Below, piece after piece: positions 41,760-53,635 of a DNA stretch of 64,000 bases. The position numbers were made by a program, and so were the translations under genes. The stretch spans positions 482,514-546,513 of the forward strand of contig CAVOSV010000001.1 of assembly GCA_963698975.1 (NCBI GenBank). The letters run 5' to 3'. The number at the start of each line of letters is the position of its first letter. The first letter of the stretch is position 1. The DNA comes from an uncultured Gemmatimonadales bacterium (lineage in GTDB: Bacteria; Gemmatimonadota; Gemmatimonadetes; Gemmatimonadales; GWC2-71-9). The notes under the pieces were generated by a model. The model worked only from the letters and a program-made list of their open reading frames with translations, did not search any database and was not told the DNA's origin.

Positions 41760-42871
41760 GCGTAGAAAGAGTTCACGGTTGCAATCACCGTGTTCTGCTG
41801 CTGTTCGGTCAGCTCGGGATACACAGGCAAGGACAATACCGAGTCCATCGCAGCCTCCGCGGCGGGAAGACTCCCGCGGCGGTACCCGAGATGCACGAAG
41901 CAGGGCTGGAGGTGGAGCGCGAGGGGATAGTAGACGGCATGTCCTATCCCATGCTCCTTGAGATGGGTCTGCAGCTCATTGCGCTGGGGCACGCGAATGG
42001 TGTACTGATGAAAAATGTGGTCGTTGGCCGGATCGATCGCAGGCGGACAAATCGAGGGGTGACCGGTAAACGCTTCGGTATAGCGTGCCGCATTTCGTTT
42101 GCGGGCCTGGTTCCACCGCTCCAGATAGGGCAGCTTTACCAGAAGGACCGCCGCTTGCAGGGTGTCCAGCCGGCTATTGGTGCCCACCTCCTCGTGCATG
42201 TACTGCCGGGAACCACCATGGAGCCGTAGACGCCGAAGCCGTTCGGCCAGCTTATCGTCCTGCGTCACTATCAGCCCAGCATCGCCCCAAGCCCCCAAAT
42301 TCTTGGTGGGGAAAAAGGACAAGGTCCCGACACTGCCGAGCTCCCCCGGCATCCGCCATTGTCCGTCGACTTTCCGGCGGGCCCCGATGCTCTGAGCGCC
42401 GTCTTCGATCACCGGCAGTCCATGCTGGGCCGCTATGCGCATGATCGATTCCATCTCAGCCATTTGACCGAAGAGATGGACGACGATGATGGCCCGTGTC
42501 CGGTGAGTGATAGCCGCCTCGAGGGCTTCCGGACTGATGTTCATCGTGGCCGGATCGATATCCACGAACACCGGAGTACCACCCGCATTGTGAATCGTCC
42601 CCGCTGTTGCGAAGAAGGTAAATGGCGTGGTGATCACCTCGTCTCGGGGCTGGAGATCCAGCGCCTTAAGCGGCAGCAACAAGGCGTCTGTCCCACTGGC
42701 GCACGCAATGCCGTGCTTCGTATGGGATAGCCGGGCAATCTCGGCCTCGAGCTGCGGTACCTCGGGACCCATGATGAAGCTCTGCCGCTCGATCACCTCC
42801 ATCATAGCGGCGAGCACATCGTCTTTGATCTCACGATATTGGGCGACCAGATCGAGGAGGGGTACGCTCAC
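41756..42871 (-). CDS. DegT/DnrJ/EryC1-family PLP sugar aminotransferase (WbpE-like)
   Basis: 371 aa reading VPLLDLVAQYREIKDDV...FIMGPEV...SFFPTKNLGAWGDAG. This contains the Lys-bearing PLP motif. Confidence 0.85.
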   Translation of the reverse strand: MSVPLLDLVAQYREIKDDVLAAMMEVIERQSFIMGPEVPQLEAEIARLSHTKHGIACASGTDALLLPLKALDLQPRDEVITTPFTFFATAGTIHNAGGTPVFVDIDPATMNISPEALEAAITHRTRAIIVVHLFGQMAEMESIMRIAAQHGLPVIEDGAQSIGARRKVDGQWRMPGELGSVGTLSFFPTKNLGAWGDAGLIVTQDDKLAERLRRLRLHGGSRQYMHEEVGTNSRLDTLQAAVLLVKLPYLERWNQARKRNAARYTEAFTGHPSICPPAIDPANDHIFHQYTIRVPQRNELQTHLKEHGIGHAVYYPLALHLQPCFVHLGYRRGSLPAAEAAMDSVLSLPVYPELTEQQQNTVIATVNSFYA

Positions 42872-42994
42872 GACAATCCTGGGCCTTTCCTCCGCCCAGC
42901 GCGGCTGGAGCGGTCATGTGGAAGCGCCCGATGCTCCAGCCGATACGGCTGAGCCCGGGCGCGCATATCGCGGAACCATAGACAGCTAGAGAAG

Positions 42995-43585
42995 TTAGCC
43001 GGATAGCTTAGGTCGGTCAATCAGCCGGAGAAGGCCGTCGGATTCCTCATAACCGGTCCCGCACGCCGTACAGGTGGCCCGACTCTCCCGGAGTTGCAAT
43101 CTCACTCCACAACGGCACATCCAGCCTACTCGCCGGGCAGGAACCCCAACCATGATGGCGAAGGCCGGGACGTCGCTCCTCACCACTGCCCCCGCTCCGA
43201 TAAAGCTGTATTCGCCTAGGGTTGTTCCGCACAGGATGGTAGCGTTGGCTCCAATCGACGTCCCCCGGCGCACCAGTGTGCCTTGATACTCAGCCTTTCG
43301 TGACACGTGGCTCCGCGGATTGACCACATTAGTGAACACACAGCTGGGCCCGCAGAACACATCGTCTTCCAGGATCACTCCCTCATAGATCGACACGTTA
43401 TTCTGCACCTTCACGTTGTTGCCCAGCCGGGACCCCGGCATCACCACCACGTTTTGCCCCAGGTTGCAGCGCTCACCGATAATGGCACCGGGCATGACGT
43501 GACAGAAATGCCAGATCTTGGTTCCCTTCCCGATCTGCGCCCCATCATCGATGTAGGAGGACTCGTGGGCAAAGTACTCGGGCAT
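42995..43585 (-). CDS. Left-handed beta-helix sugar N-acetyltransferase (WbpD/WlbB-like)
   Basis: 196 aa with hexapeptide repeats throughout ([24 protein letters not shown]..). A short C-terminal Cys cluster (CRCG...CTACG) suggests an appended zinc ribbon. Confidence 0.78.
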   Translation of the reverse strand: MPEYFAHESSYIDDGAQIGKGTKIWHFCHVMPGAIIGERCNLGQNVVVMPGSRLGNNVKVQNNVSIYEGVILEDDVFCGPSCVFTNVVNPRSHVSRKAEYQGTLVRRGTSIGANATILCGTTLGEYSFIGAGAVVRSDVPAFAIMVGVPARRVGWMCRCGVRLQLRESRATCTACGTGYEESDGLLRLIDRPKLSG

Positions 43586-44590
43586 TCACCTCTCGCTGTC
43601 GTTCAGGTATTCCCCCCTGGCGCCAATGACCTTTACCTCGGGGTCGAGCCGTACGTCGAACTGATCCTCTACGGTACGCTGCACATGCTCGATCAATCGG
43701 AGAACGTCAGCGGCGGTAGCGCCTCCGGTATTCACGAAGTAGTTGGCGTGCATCGGTGAAACCTGTGCCGCGCCGATGCTGAATCCTTTGAGTCCGGCGG
43801 CCTCAATCAGTTGCCCCGCCGTTTTGGCCCCGCTCTCCCGCTTCCAGCTTGGTCCCGACGGGTTCTTGAAGACGCTGCCGCAACAGGGCTGGTTGAAAGG
43901 CGTGCCCTTCTGCCGCCACTCGAAGAGCTCGGCAACCGCCTCCTCCAGATGGGCTGGCTCTTCGGGCCGCAACTGTACAGTCGTCTCCAGGACGATTCTG
44001 CCATCCAGGCCACTCCGACGGTACGTGAATGGCACGTCACGGCGGCTCAGTACGCTGTCATTCCCGTGTTCGTCTACCACCGTGACCTGCTGCACCACCT
44101 CAGCCCAATCGCCGCCGTGACAGCCGGCGTTCATGTACACGCCCCCACCGACGGTGCCGGGCACACCCACAAAGATGTGCAGCCCGGCAAAGCCGGCTTC
44201 GGCCGTCCTTCTCGCAGCAAGAGGAGCGGGGAGACCCGCGCCAATGGTCCAGCGATCCTGGTCCTGCTCAAGCCGGTCCAGGCCCTTACCCATTCGGATC
44301 ACCAGAGCGTCCAGCCCTTCGTCGGGCAGCAGGATATTCGAGCCGAGCCCCAGCGCGAACCAGGGAGTATCAGTCTCGCCGGCGAGACGAAGGGCAGCCG
44401 CCACGTCCGCCGGCGTCTTAGGCAGCAGCACCGTCGCCGGCCCCCCGATGCGGTAGGTGGAGTACCGGGCGAGCGGCTCCCCCTCCCGAACCGTCCCGGC
44501 AACTCGATCCCGCAGCGCAGTGACAAACTTCGCGCTGCGTGCGCTCACCCGGTCCACTCCGGGGACATTTCCCGTGCGAGCGAGTGCCAC
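43586..44590 (-). CDS. murB: UDP-N-acetylenolpyruvoylglucosamine reductase
   Basis: 334 aa with the FAD-binding region [13 protein letters not shown]...LGLGSNIL, and the C-terminal CGSVFKNP...AGQLIE. The start is uncertain because the first 46 nt overlap the carB end. Confidence 0.88.
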   Translation of the reverse strand: MALARTGNVPGVDRVSARSAKFVTALRDRVAGTVREGEPLARYSTYRIGGPATVLLPKTPADVAAALRLAGETDTPWFALGLGSNILLPDEGLDALVIRMGKGLDRLEQDQDRWTIGAGLPAPLAARRTAEAGFAGLHIFVGVPGTVGGGVYMNAGCHGGDWAEVVQQVTVVDEHGNDSVLSRRDVPFTYRRSGLDGRIVLETTVQLRPEEPAHLEEAVAELFEWRQKGTPFNQPCCGSVFKNPSGPSWKRESGAKTAGQLIEAAGLKGFSIGAAQVSPMHANYFVNTGGATAADVLRLIEHVQRTVEDQFDVRLDPEVKVIGARGEYLNDSER

Positions 44591-47500
44591 TCCTGAAGCG
44601 GCCGTACCTCACCGGCACGACTTCTCAGCGCGATGATGGCGTCACAGGCGGCAGAAGCCGCGGACAGCGTAGTGGTGTACGGCACCCGGTGTTGGAGAGC
44701 CGCACGGCGGATCGCATAGTCGTCCTGTTGAGTGAGCTTTCCCAGGGGAGTGTTGATAAGCAGCTGAATCCGGCCCGATACCAGCAAATCGATGGCGTTG
44801 GGACGGCCCTCATACACCTTGAGAACCCGCTCGGTGGGAATTCCGCGGGCCCGAAGATAGCGCGCCGTTCCCTCAGTCCCCAGCACCCGGAAGCCCAGTG
44901 CGTGAAACCGCCGGGCAATAGGAACCACGTTCGCCTTGTCATGATCGTTGACCGTAACGAAAACCGCCCCCTCGAGGGGTAATGCTCCATCGGCCGAGAT
45001 CTGTGCCTTGGCGAAAGCCATCCCGAAGGAATCAGCGATCCCCATGACCTCGCCGGTGGAACGCATCTCTGGGCCGAGAATGAGGTCTACCCCCTGCAGC
45101 TTGCTGAAAGGAAAGACCGCTTCCTTGACCGCGACATAGGGCTGCAGGACGTCGTCGTGGAGGCCCAGGTCCTCGAGGGTTCTTCCCACCATCACCGCCG
45201 CGGCTAGGCTCGCGAGAGGAACGCCGGTGGTCTTGGAAACGAAGGGAACGGTGCGAGACCCGCGAGGATTCACCTCGAGCACATAGACCACATCGTGCTT
45301 GATGGCGAATTGGACATTGAGAAGACCCACCACTCCCAACCGTTCGGCAAAGGCCCTGGTGTGTCGTCGCATCTCATCGACCTGGACCTCAGTGATGAGA
45401 TATGGTGGCAGCACACACGCGGAGTCCCCTGAATGGATCCCCGCATCCTCGATATGCTGCATGACCCCGCCAATGACGCAACGGGTGCCATCGGCAATGG
45501 CATCGACGTCGGCCTCGAACGCGTCTTCCAGAAAGCTGTCTATTAGAACCGGGTGCTCCGGCGCAACCCGCGCAGCCCGGCCGAAATAGCTCCTGAGCGA
45601 GGTATCGTCGTACACTATTTCCATGGCCCTCCCGCCCAGCACATACGACGGGCGCACCAGAACCGGATAACCCACTCTCGCGGCCACAGCAACGGCCTCC
45701 TCGATCGACTGTGCCACCCCACTCGGGGGCTGCGCCACGCCGAGCTCCCGGGTGATAGCCTCGAAGCGGCCTCGGTCCTCCGCGAGGTCGATGGCCTCCG
45801 GTGAAGTACCTAGAATGGGTACACCTTCCGCCTCCAGCGCACGGGCCAAGCGGAGCGGAGTTTGCCCGCCGAGTTGGACCACCACTCCAATCGGCTGCTC
45901 CACCGCTACCACCTCGAGCACGTCCTCCAGGGTGAGCGGCTCGAAGTACAGAGCATCAGAGATGTCGAAGTCGGTGGAGACCGTTTCGGGATTGGAGTTC
46001 ACCATGACGGTGCGGTAGCCCATCTCCCGAAAGGCGATCGCCGCGCGAACACAGCAGTAATCGAACTCCACGCCTTGCCCAATCCGGTTCGGTCCGCTTC
46101 CCAGGATCACGACGGTGCGCTCTCCACTGGTCTGCGCCTCATTCTCTTCGTCATAGGAGGAGTAGAGATAAGGCGTGGCGGACGGGAACTCGCCGGCGCA
46201 TGTATCCACCGTCTTGTAAGCCGGCCGAATACCCAGCCGATGCCGCTCGGCCCGGACGGCGGACTCGGTAATACCCCGCAGCTCCGCCAGTTGACGGTCG
46301 GAAAATCCCAGTCGCTTCATTTTCCGCAGAAGTGATTTCTGGATTTCTTCTTTTTGTCCCTTCTTAACCGCATCTCCACTTCCCCGCTTCCCCGCTTCCC
46401 CCCTTTCCTGCCATTCCCTCTCCGCCTCCAGCAGCTCTGCCATCTGATGGAGGAACCAGGGGTCGATCCCGGTGGTCTCAGCCACTGCATCCACCGGTAT
46501 ACCAAGCTGGAGAGCGTACTTGAGCTGAAAGATTCGCTCCGGAGTCGGCGTGCGCACTGCTGCAAGCACCGTCTCCCGAGTGATGTCCTGCAGTCGATCG
46601 TCCGCGGGTGTGATGCCCACACTCCAGCCGATCCGATCCGATTCCAGCCCACGCAATCCTTTCTGAAAGGCTTCTTTGAACGTGCGACCTATGGCCATCA
46701 CTTCGCCCACCGACTTCATCTGCGTGGTCAGTGTAGGGTCCGCCGCCGGAAATTTCTCGAAGGCAAAGCGCGGGATCTTGACCACCACGTAGTCGAGAAC
46801 AGGCTCAAATGAGGCCGGCGTGGTCTTCGTGATGTCGTTGGGCAGCTCGTCCAGCCGGTACCCCACGGCGACTTTGGTTCCGATCCGTGCTATGGGAAAG
46901 CCCGTAGCCTTGGAGGCGAGCGCAGAGGAGCGAGAGACCCGTGGGTTCATCTCGATGACGAGCTGCTCACCGGTTGTGGGACTTACGGCGAACTGAATGT
47001 TGCAGCCGCCCGCGGCCACGCCGATTTCGCGGATGATTCTTATCGCGGCATCGCGCATGGTCTGGTACTCCCGATCGGTCAGCGTCATGGCCGGCGCCAC
47101 GGTGATCGAGTCGCCGGTATGCACGCCCATCGGGTCGAGATTTTCAATTGAGCAGACGATCACCACATTGTCCGCCCCGTCCCGCATGACCTCCAGCTCG
47201 AATTCCTTCCATCCGATAATGCTGCGCTCGACTAGCACCGAGCCCACCGGCGAGAGCTCCAGACCCCGACGGATTAAGGTCTCGAACTCCTCCCGGTTGT
47301 AGGCAATTCCTCCGCCCGTGCCACCCAAGGTGAACGATGGCCGGAGAATGGCCGGGTACCCGGATACCTCCACAGCCGCCAGAGCCTCCTCCACGCTATG
47401 AACCGTGCGGCCTTCGGGAGTGGCCAGGCCAATACGCTTCATCGCCTGCGCGAATTCTTCCCTGTCCTCCGCCAGGCGGATGGCCCGCTCGTTGGCACCG

Positions 47501-47847
47501 ATCAACTCAACACCGAACCGGTCTAGCGTGCCGTTCCGCTGCAAGGCCATAGCCACATTCAGTGCCGTTTGCCCTCCCATGGTCGGCAGCAATGCCTGCG
47601 GGCGCTCGCGCTCGATGACTTTGGCCACCCATTCCGGGGTGACCGGCTCGATATACGTGCGATCGGCCAGTTCCGGATCGGTCATGATGGTGGCCGGATT
47701 GGAGTTGACCAGAACGACCCGGTACCCCTCTTCCTTGAGGGCCCGCACCGCCTGAGTGCCGGAGTAGTCGAACTCGGCTCCCTGCCCAATGACGATAGGT
47801 CCCGAACCGATGAGCAGGATGGTCGAGAGATCAGTGCGTCTGGGCAT
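44545..47847 (-). CDS. carB: Carbamoyl-phosphate synthase large subunit
   Basis: Start taken at [33 protein letters not shown]. It has duplicated ATP-grasp halves and an MGS-like C-domain. The track start at 47925 is probably too early. Confidence 0.95.
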   Translation of the reverse strand: MPRRTDLSTILLIGSGPIVIGQGAEFDYSGTQAVRALKEEGYRVVLVNSNPATIMTDPELADRTYIEPVTPEWVAKVIERERPQALLPTMGGQTALNVAMALQRNGTLDRFGVELIGANERAIRLAEDREEFAQAMKRIGLATPEGRTVHSVEEALAAVEVSGYPAILRPSFTLGGTGGGIAYNREEFETLIRRGLELSPVGSVLVERSIIGWKEFELEVMRDGADNVVIVCSIENLDPMGVHTGDSITVAPAMTLTDREYQTMRDAAIRIIREIGVAAGGCNIQFAVSPTTGEQLVIEMNPRVSRSSALASKATGFPIARIGTKVAVGYRLDELPNDITKTTPASFEPVLDYVVVKIPRFAFEKFPAADPTLTTQMKSVGEVMAIGRTFKEAFQKGLRGLESDRIGWSVGITPADDRLQDITRETVLAAVRTPTPERIFQLKYALQLGIPVDAVAETTGIDPWFLHQMAELLEAEREWQERGEAGKRGSGDAVKKGQKEEIQKSLLRKMKRLGFSDRQLAELRGITESAVRAERHRLGIRPAYKTVDTCAGEFPSATPYLYSSYDEENEAQTSGERTVVILGSGPNRIGQGVEFDYCCVRAAIAFREMGYRTVMVNSNPETVSTDFDISDALYFEPLTLEDVLEVVAVEQPIGVVVQLGGQTPLRLARALEAEGVPILGTSPEAIDLAEDRGRFEAITRELGVAQPPSGVAQSIEEAVAVAARVGYPVLVRPSYVLGGRAMEIVYDDTSLRSYFGRAARVAPEHPVLIDSFLEDAFEADVDAIADGTRCVIGGVMQHIEDAGIHSGDSACVLPPYLITEVQVDEMRRHTRAFAERLGVVGLLNVQFAIKHDVVYVLEVNPRGSRTVPFVSKTTGVPLASLAAAVMVGRTLEDLGLHDDVLQPYVAVKEAVFPFSKLQGVDLILGPEMRSTGEVMGIADSFGMAFAKAQISADGALPLEGAVFVTVNDHDKANVVPIARRFHALGFRVLGTEGTARYLRARGIPTERVLKVYEGRPNAIDLLVSGRIQLLINTPLGKLTQQDDYAIRRAALQHRVPYTTTLSAASAACDAIIALRSRAGEVRPLQEWHSLAREMSPEWTG

Positions 47848-48781
47848 CCACCATGTCCCGCAGAGTCTGATCCAACGTGATGGCCGGCGACCAACCGGTC
47901 GCTTGCCGTAGCTTGGTTGCGTCACCTACGAGATGAGGGATATCGCTGCTCCGAACCAGGTTGGGGTCGGGAAACGGCTCCGCTTCTACCCCGATGATTT
48001 CCGCGATGCGGCGAAAGAGTTGCTCCAGGGTGATTCCCTCGCCTCGCCCGATGTTATAGGTCTCACCGGGAGCTCCGCTGCTCAGCAGCGCCAGATATGC
48101 TTCCACCACATCGCGAACATCGAGCACGTCGCGCACCGGCTTCAGATTGCCGGTAGGTACTCGGCGCGCTCCCCCGGCTTTGGCTGCCAGCAGCCTTTCG
48201 ATGAATGCCGGCACCACGTACGGCAGGCGTTGTCCCGGCCCAGTATGAGTAAAAGGGCGCGCGATGATCACCCGGAGGTTTGACCGGCGCCAGGCCTCCA
48301 GCGCTGCGATCTCCGAGCCTGCCTTGCTGGCTGCGTAGGGCGACTGCGGCAAGACGGGGTCATCCTCGACTCGGGGCTCCGCCGGCCCTGCGCCGTAGAC
48401 CTCGGAGCTGGACACATTGAGCACGATGGGATCAGAGACCCCGCGCTCACGGACGGAGATGAGTGCGTCCATGACCCGCGCGGTGCCTGCGGCGTTAATC
48501 ACCCAGGCGCGCCCGGGATCCTCTCGAGCTTCCCGAACCGATGCCACGGCGGCCAGATGAATGACGGCATCCTGAGGACTGCTTAGCGCCTGGCGCACAC
48601 CGCCCTGATCCCCGAGCTCCAATGGTATCGTGCGAACTCGGTCACTCCAGGGCTCGCCGCCTAAGCTCGGCAACCCCTGCGCTGGCCGGCATGCGGCGGT
48701 CACCTCGTGGCCCGTATCCACCAGCCTGCCCACCAAACGTCTTCCGACAAATCCATCCGCGCCGGTCACCAGGACCCTCAT
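47831..48781 (-). CDS. rmd: GDP-4-dehydro-6-deoxy-D-mannose reductase-like SDR (Rmd-like)
   Basis: 316 aa with [16 protein letters not shown] and [10 protein letters not shown]. It lies directly downstream of gmd. Confidence 0.7.
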   Translation of the reverse strand: MRVLVTGADGFVGRRLVGRLVDTGHEVTAACRPAQGLPSLGGEPWSDRVRTIPLELGDQGGVRQALSSPQDAVIHLAAVASVREAREDPGRAWVINAAGTARVMDALISVRERGVSDPIVLNVSSSEVYGAGPAEPRVEDDPVLPQSPYAASKAGSEIAALEAWRRSNLRVIIARPFTHTGPGQRLPYVVPAFIERLLAAKAGGARRVPTGNLKPVRDVLDVRDVVEAYLALLSSGAPGETYNIGRGEGITLEQLFRRIAEIIGVEAEPFPDPNLVRSSDIPHLVGDATKLRQATGWSPAITLDQTLRDMVDAQTH

Positions 48782-48794
48782 CCTCGAAAAACCC

Positions 48795-49781
<987 letters not shown>

Positions 49782-49804
49782 TCATCAGCCCGCCATCGTT
49801 AGGT

Positions 49805-49833
49805 TTGGAGGCTTTCTCTCGATCGACAAGATA
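49805..49833 (+). promoter_or_regulatory. Candidate sigma70-like promoter for rpmB (weak)
   Basis: TTGGAG-N17-AAGATA lies 16 nt upstream of the ATG and is followed by the SD-like AAGGTAGGAG (49836-49845). The -10 match is poor and the lineage's promoter consensus is unknown to me. Confidence 0.25.
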
Positions 49834-49848
49834 CCAAGGTAGGAGCTT

Positions 49849-50040
49849 ATGGCACGGGTTTGCGCCATGTGCGCTAAAGGGCCGGTTACCGGCAACAACG
49901 TCAGCCACGCCAACAATCGCACGAAGCGGCGCTGGTACCCTAATCTGCAAACCGTGCGCGTTCTGGTCGATGGCGCGCCCAAGCGGATCAGGGTCTGTAC
50001 CCAATGCCTCAAGAGTAATCGGATCAAGAAGGCGAGCTGA
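49849..50040 (+). CDS. rpmB: 50S ribosomal protein L28
   Basis: 63 aa reading [34 protein letters not shown]. Confidence 0.93.
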   Translation: MARVCAMCAKGPVTGNNVSHANNRTKRRWYPNLQTVRVLVDGAPKRIRVCTQCLKSNRIKKAS

Positions 50041-50044
50041 CTGT

Positions 50045-50080
50045 AGAAAAAAGGGGACCCGAAGGTCCCCTTGTTTGTTT
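50045..50080. terminator. Bidirectional intrinsic terminator between convergent rpmB and rplQ
   Basis: AAAAAA-GGGGACC-cgaa-GGTCCCC-TTGTTTGTTT. Confidence 0.8.
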
Positions 50081-50095
50081 CTGGCCGGCAGCCAC

Positions 50096-50452
50096 TCACT
50101 CCGCAAGCAGCTCAATCCTTGCCACATCGGCACCATCTCCTTCACGGTGGCCCAGCTTGAGAATCCGGGTGTATCCCCCCGGCCGGGCCGCGAACCGGGG
50201 CCCGATCTCGCCGAACAGCCGAGTAAGGGTTTCCCGATCCTTGATTCGGCGCTCCACCAATCGCCTCGCGTGGAGGTCGCCCCGCCGCGCCAGGGTGATG
50301 AGCTTCTCGGCAAAAGGCCGCAGCTCCTTCGCCTTGGCCTCGGTGGTGATGACCCGGCCGTGTACGAAGAGGCTGGTGGCCATGTTGTTCAACATGGCAC
50401 GCTTGTGACTTGAAGTGCGGGAAAGCTGCCTGCCTTTGGCGCGATGCCGCAT
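50096..50452 (-). CDS. rplQ: 50S ribosomal protein L17
   Basis: 118 aa reading MRHRAKGRQLSRTSSHKRAMLNNMATSL...TTEAKAKELRPFAEKLITLAR. Confidence 0.95.
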   Translation of the reverse strand: MRHRAKGRQLSRTSSHKRAMLNNMATSLFVHGRVITTEAKAKELRPFAEKLITLARRGDLHARRLVERRIKDRETLTRLFGEIGPRFAARPGGYTRILKLGHREGDGADVARIELLAE

Positions 50453-51519
50453 CAGGTGCCGTCGCCGATGATGGTGGTTGACGGCTGCACCACCGGAGCA
50501 ACTCCGGGCCGCACGATCCTGAGCTCGCCGTCGGTCTCTTCGAAGCCCATTCCGAAGTTGAGCCCCTCCCGCTGAAGCAGCTCGGCAATTTCGCTCAGGG
50601 CCTTTTCGCCGACGTTCTTGACCTTCAGAAGATCGTCTTCTGAGAACTCCACCAGGTCCCGCAGGGTGCGGATGTTGGAGTTCTTCAGGGAGTTGAGCGA
50701 CCGCACTGAAAGGCCGAAGTCATCTATGGGACGGCTCAGCCGCTGACGCAGATTGCTGCCGGCCGCTCCACCGGTGGCTGCGCCGGCGTCACGCATGGTC
50801 GGTACCTTGCCGAAGTCCACGAAATACTGAAAGTGGACCTGCGCCAGGGCCGCGGCGTAGGCGATCGCGTCTTCCGGAGTGATGGTGCCGTTAGTCTCGA
50901 CCGATACGGTCAGCCGGTCGTAGTCTGTGCGCTGACCGACACGGGTTTCCGCCACGGTAAAGTTTGCCCGGCGCACCGGATTGTAGATGGCATCCACCCG
51001 GACCAGATCGATGGGAAGCGATCGGTCGGCTGGGTGCATTTCGGCCTCGACGTAACCCCGACCCTTGTTGACGTAGAGCTCCATGCTCACGTCCCGATCG
51101 TCCTGCAGGGTGAACAGCAGGTGCTCGGGGTTCTTGATCACAACGGACCCGTGCTCCTGAATATCGCGAGCGTACACCGGCCCGGCGCCCTCGCGACGGA
51201 TGTGGAGCACCGCATCGTCGACGTTGTCCGCCAGGACGAGAGTGAGCGCCTTCAGCCGCTGCACGATCTGGTGCACGTCTTCCAGGACGCCCTGTACCGT
51301 CTGATGCTCATGGACGACGCCATCGAGCCGGAAGCCCCACACCGCGCTTCCGCGCAGCGAGGAGAGCAACAGCCGGCGGAGCGAGTTGCCGAGGGTGTAA
51401 CCGAAGCCCCGCTCGAGAGGCTGAAGACGGAATTCGGCGGCATTGGGGTTGTCGTCCCGCTTGGTCATCTCGACGAGATGCGGGCGAACCAATCCGGTCA
51501 GATCAATGGTCATGGTCAC
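50452..51519 (-). CDS. rpoA: DNA-directed RNA polymerase alpha subunit
   Basis: 355 aa with an N-terminal dimerisation domain (LERGFGYTLGNSLRRLLLSS) and a C-terminal domain (LSVRSLNSLKNSNIRTLRDL). Confidence 0.96.
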   Translation of the reverse strand: MTMTIDLTGLVRPHLVEMTKRDDNPNAAEFRLQPLERGFGYTLGNSLRRLLLSSLRGSAVWGFRLDGVVHEHQTVQGVLEDVHQIVQRLKALTLVLADNVDDAVLHIRREGAGPVYARDIQEHGSVVIKNPEHLLFTLQDDRDVSMELYVNKGRGYVEAEMHPADRSLPIDLVRVDAIYNPVRRANFTVAETRVGQRTDYDRLTVSVETNGTITPEDAIAYAAALAQVHFQYFVDFGKVPTMRDAGAATGGAAGSNLRQRLSRPIDDFGLSVRSLNSLKNSNIRTLRDLVEFSEDDLLKVKNVGEKALSEIAELLQREGLNFGMGFEETDGELRIVRPGVAPVVQPSTTIIGDGT

Positions 51520-51546
51520 TTCGTGTGATGCTCCAGTCTAGAGTTA

Positions 51547-51948
51547 CTACACTCGCCGCTTCTTGGGCGGACGGCAGCCGTTATGCGGAATGGGGGTGAC
51601 ATCGCGAATGGAAACCACCCGAAGTCCCACCGAGGCGAGGGCCTGAATGGCCGACTCGCGTCCGCTCCCCGGCCCTTGAACCCGAACGTGTACCCGCCGA
51701 AGCCCGAGGTTCATGGCTTCGCGTCCACAGTTTTCTGCCGCCACGGTAGCCGCGAAAGGTGTGGACTTCTTGGAGCCCTTGAACCCGGCTTTCCCCGCCG
51801 ATCCCCAGGCGAGGGTGTTGCCCCGCATGTCGGTGATGGTGATGAGCAGGTTGTTGAATGTGGCCGAGATGTGCGCAATCCCCTCGGAGTCGACCACCTT
51901 CTTCGAGCGCTTGGGACTGGGGGCCTTGGCCGGTGTTGGCGCGGTCAT
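51547..51948 (-). CDS. rpsK: 30S ribosomal protein S11
   Basis: 133 aa reading [42 protein letters not shown]...[18 protein letters not shown]. Confidence 0.96.
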   Translation of the reverse strand: MTAPTPAKAPSPKRSKKVVDSEGIAHISATFNNLLITITDMRGNTLAWGSAGKAGFKGSKKSTPFAATVAAENCGREAMNLGLRRVHVRVQGPGSGRESAIQALASVGLRVVSIRDVTPIPHNGCRPPKKRRV

Positions 51949-51949
51949 C

Positions 51950-52330
51950 TTACTTCTTCGTCACTTTCTTCTTGCCGGCAATAGCGCGCCGGGGACCCTT
52001 CTTGGTCCTTGCGTTGGTGTGGGTCCGCTGGCCCCGGACCGGAAGACCGCGGCGATGCCGAATGCCCCGATAGCTTCCGATGTCCATCAGCCGTTTGATG
52101 TTCATGGCGACTTCGGTGCGGAGCGATCCTTCCACCTTGACCGAGCGCTCGATCATTTGGCGAAGGCGCGCCACTTCCGCGTCCGATAGATCGCGCACGC
52201 GGGTGTCGGGATTGACGCCCGTCTCCCCCAGGATGCGGCTGCTGGTGGGCCGGCCAATTCCGAAGATGTAGGTAAGCGCGATCTCGACCCGCTTCTCGCG
52301 CGGGAGATCCACGCCAGCAATACGTGCCAT
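51950..52330 (-). CDS. rpsM: 30S ribosomal protein S13
   Basis: Start taken at [26 protein letters not shown]. The track ORF begins 30 codons earlier, inside rpmJ. Confidence 0.95.
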   Translation of the reverse strand: MARIAGVDLPREKRVEIALTYIFGIGRPTSSRILGETGVNPDTRVRDLSDAEVARLRQMIERSVKVEGSLRTEVAMNIKRLMDIGSYRGIRHRRGLPVRGQRTHTNARTKKGPRRAIAGKKKVTKK

Positions 52331-52332
52331 GA

Positions 52333-52449
52333 TCAGCCTTGCCGCTGTTTGTGCTTGGGGTTGCGCTTGCAGATGATGCGGACCACGCCTTGTCGCTTGA
52401 TGACCTTGCAGTGCTCGCAAATCGGCTTAACGCTGGAACGAACCTTCAC
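52333..52449 (-). CDS. rpmJ: 50S ribosomal protein L36
   Basis: Not in the ORF track (38 codons). My translation from GTG 52449 is (M)[37 protein letters not shown]. Confidence 0.92.
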   Translation of the reverse strand: MKVRSSVKPICEHCKVIKRQGVVRIICKRNPKHKQRQG

Positions 52450-52541
52450 GCTTCTCTCCGGGCCAGGTTTAGGGCTAGCAGGGCAATATAGAAGTGACCT
52501 CCCCATGAGGCAAGTCTAGACTGTGCATCGAGAAAGCCCCC

Positions 52542-52958
52542 TCAGCCCACCGCTCGGAACTCGACCAGCGTCCACCCTCCCGGGCTTCGGCGGTACCCCA
52601 ACAGGAGAACCTGGGTGCGCACGTTCTGGGTTCCGACAACGCGGTATTTCCTCTGGAGCTCGACATACCCTTGGCTGGGTGCCACCTCCCGCGCTGCCCG
52701 GACCACCGTCTCCACTTCCTGGCCGTTGGATAGAAAGTTCGAGAGGAGGGCTGCAGCCTGGTCCGGCCCCAGAGCCACCGACGGTTCGGCGCCCGGCAGC
52801 TGGATCAGGAGACGGGGGCTCTCGGCAACGAGGGCGGCCGTATTGTGAGCAAACCAGGCCTGCCGGGCCTTCTCGGCAGCCTGATCCAACTCGTTGCCCT
52901 GAGCGTTGCCGGCCGTAGGGGCCGCAGCCAGCACCATGGCCATTACGATGTGACGCAC
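52542..52958 (-). CDS. Hypothetical secreted protein
   Basis: 138 aa with signal peptide MRHIVMAMVLAAAPTAGNA|QG. It is a small alpha+beta-looking domain with no motif I recognise. Confidence 0.55.
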   Translation of the reverse strand: MRHIVMAMVLAAAPTAGNAQGNELDQAAEKARQAWFAHNTAALVAESPRLLIQLPGAEPSVALGPDQAAALLSNFLSNGQEVETVVRAAREVAPSQGYVELQRKYRVVGTQNVRTQVLLLGYRRSPGGWTLVEFRAVG

Positions 52959-53635
52959 CCCGCCTCCTTCATGAGCTCTTCCAAGACTGCGCGTGGATCC
53001 GCGGCCTGAAGTACCGGTCGGCCGACTACCAAGTGCGTAGCTCCATGCCTGATGGCGTCCTCTGGGGAGGACACCCGAACCTGGTCTCCCCGTGCATCTG
53101 AGCCCCTTCTGATCCCTGGGACCACCAGAAAGGGCTTCGGGCCCAGCCGCTCACGCAAGACCGATACCTCGCTGGGCGAGCATACCAGTCCCTGCAACCC
53201 GGCGGCGGTCGCCATGTGACCCAACCGCTCGACCTCGGCTGCCAGATTTATCGAGGTCCTGCCCAGCGCGTGCTCGTAGGAACCCGCATCATGTGAGGTA
53301 AGCACGGTGACCCCGATCAGGGCGAGCTCACTGGCTGAGGCCGCGACCGCCGCCTCGAGCATCTCCTTGCCTCCAAGTACATGGACGGTGGCCATACTCA
53401 CGCCTAGGTCCCGGGCCGAGCTCACTGCACCAGCAACGGTGTTCGGGATGTCGTGCCATTTGAGATCGAGAAAAACATCGAGGCCACGCTCGATCAGCCG
53501 GCGGACAAACCCGGGCCCTTCCCGGGTCATGATTATGGAGCCGACCTTGACCCATCGAAGTGGCGGAAGTCGATCCAGCAGCGCAAGGGCATCCTCGCCG
53601 CGCGGAGTGTCCAAAGCCAGAATTACCTCAGCCAC
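52943..53635 (-). CDS. pyrF: Orotidine 5'-phosphate decarboxylase
   Basis: 230 aa reading ILALD...VKVG...DVFLDLKWHDIPNTV (the DxKxxD motif). Confidence 0.92.
   Translation of the reverse strand: MAEVILALDTPRGEDALALLDRLPPLRWVKVGSIIMTREGPGFVRRLIERGLDVFLDLKWHDIPNTVAGAVSSARDLGVSMATVHVLGGKEMLEAAVAASASELALIGVTVLTSHDAGSYEHALGRTSINLAAEVERLGHMATAAGLQGLVCSPSEVSVLRERLGPKPFLVVPGIRRGSDARGDQVRVSSPEDAIRHGATHLVVGRPVLQAADPRAVLEELMKEAGCVTS

Noticed and set aside
42872-42994. I examined the gap between the aminotransferase and the acetyltransferase for a missing WbpB-like gene or a small ORF.
   Set aside because: At 123 bp it is too short. It contains only a weak 7-bp inverted repeat with a 21-nt loop and no credible ORF.
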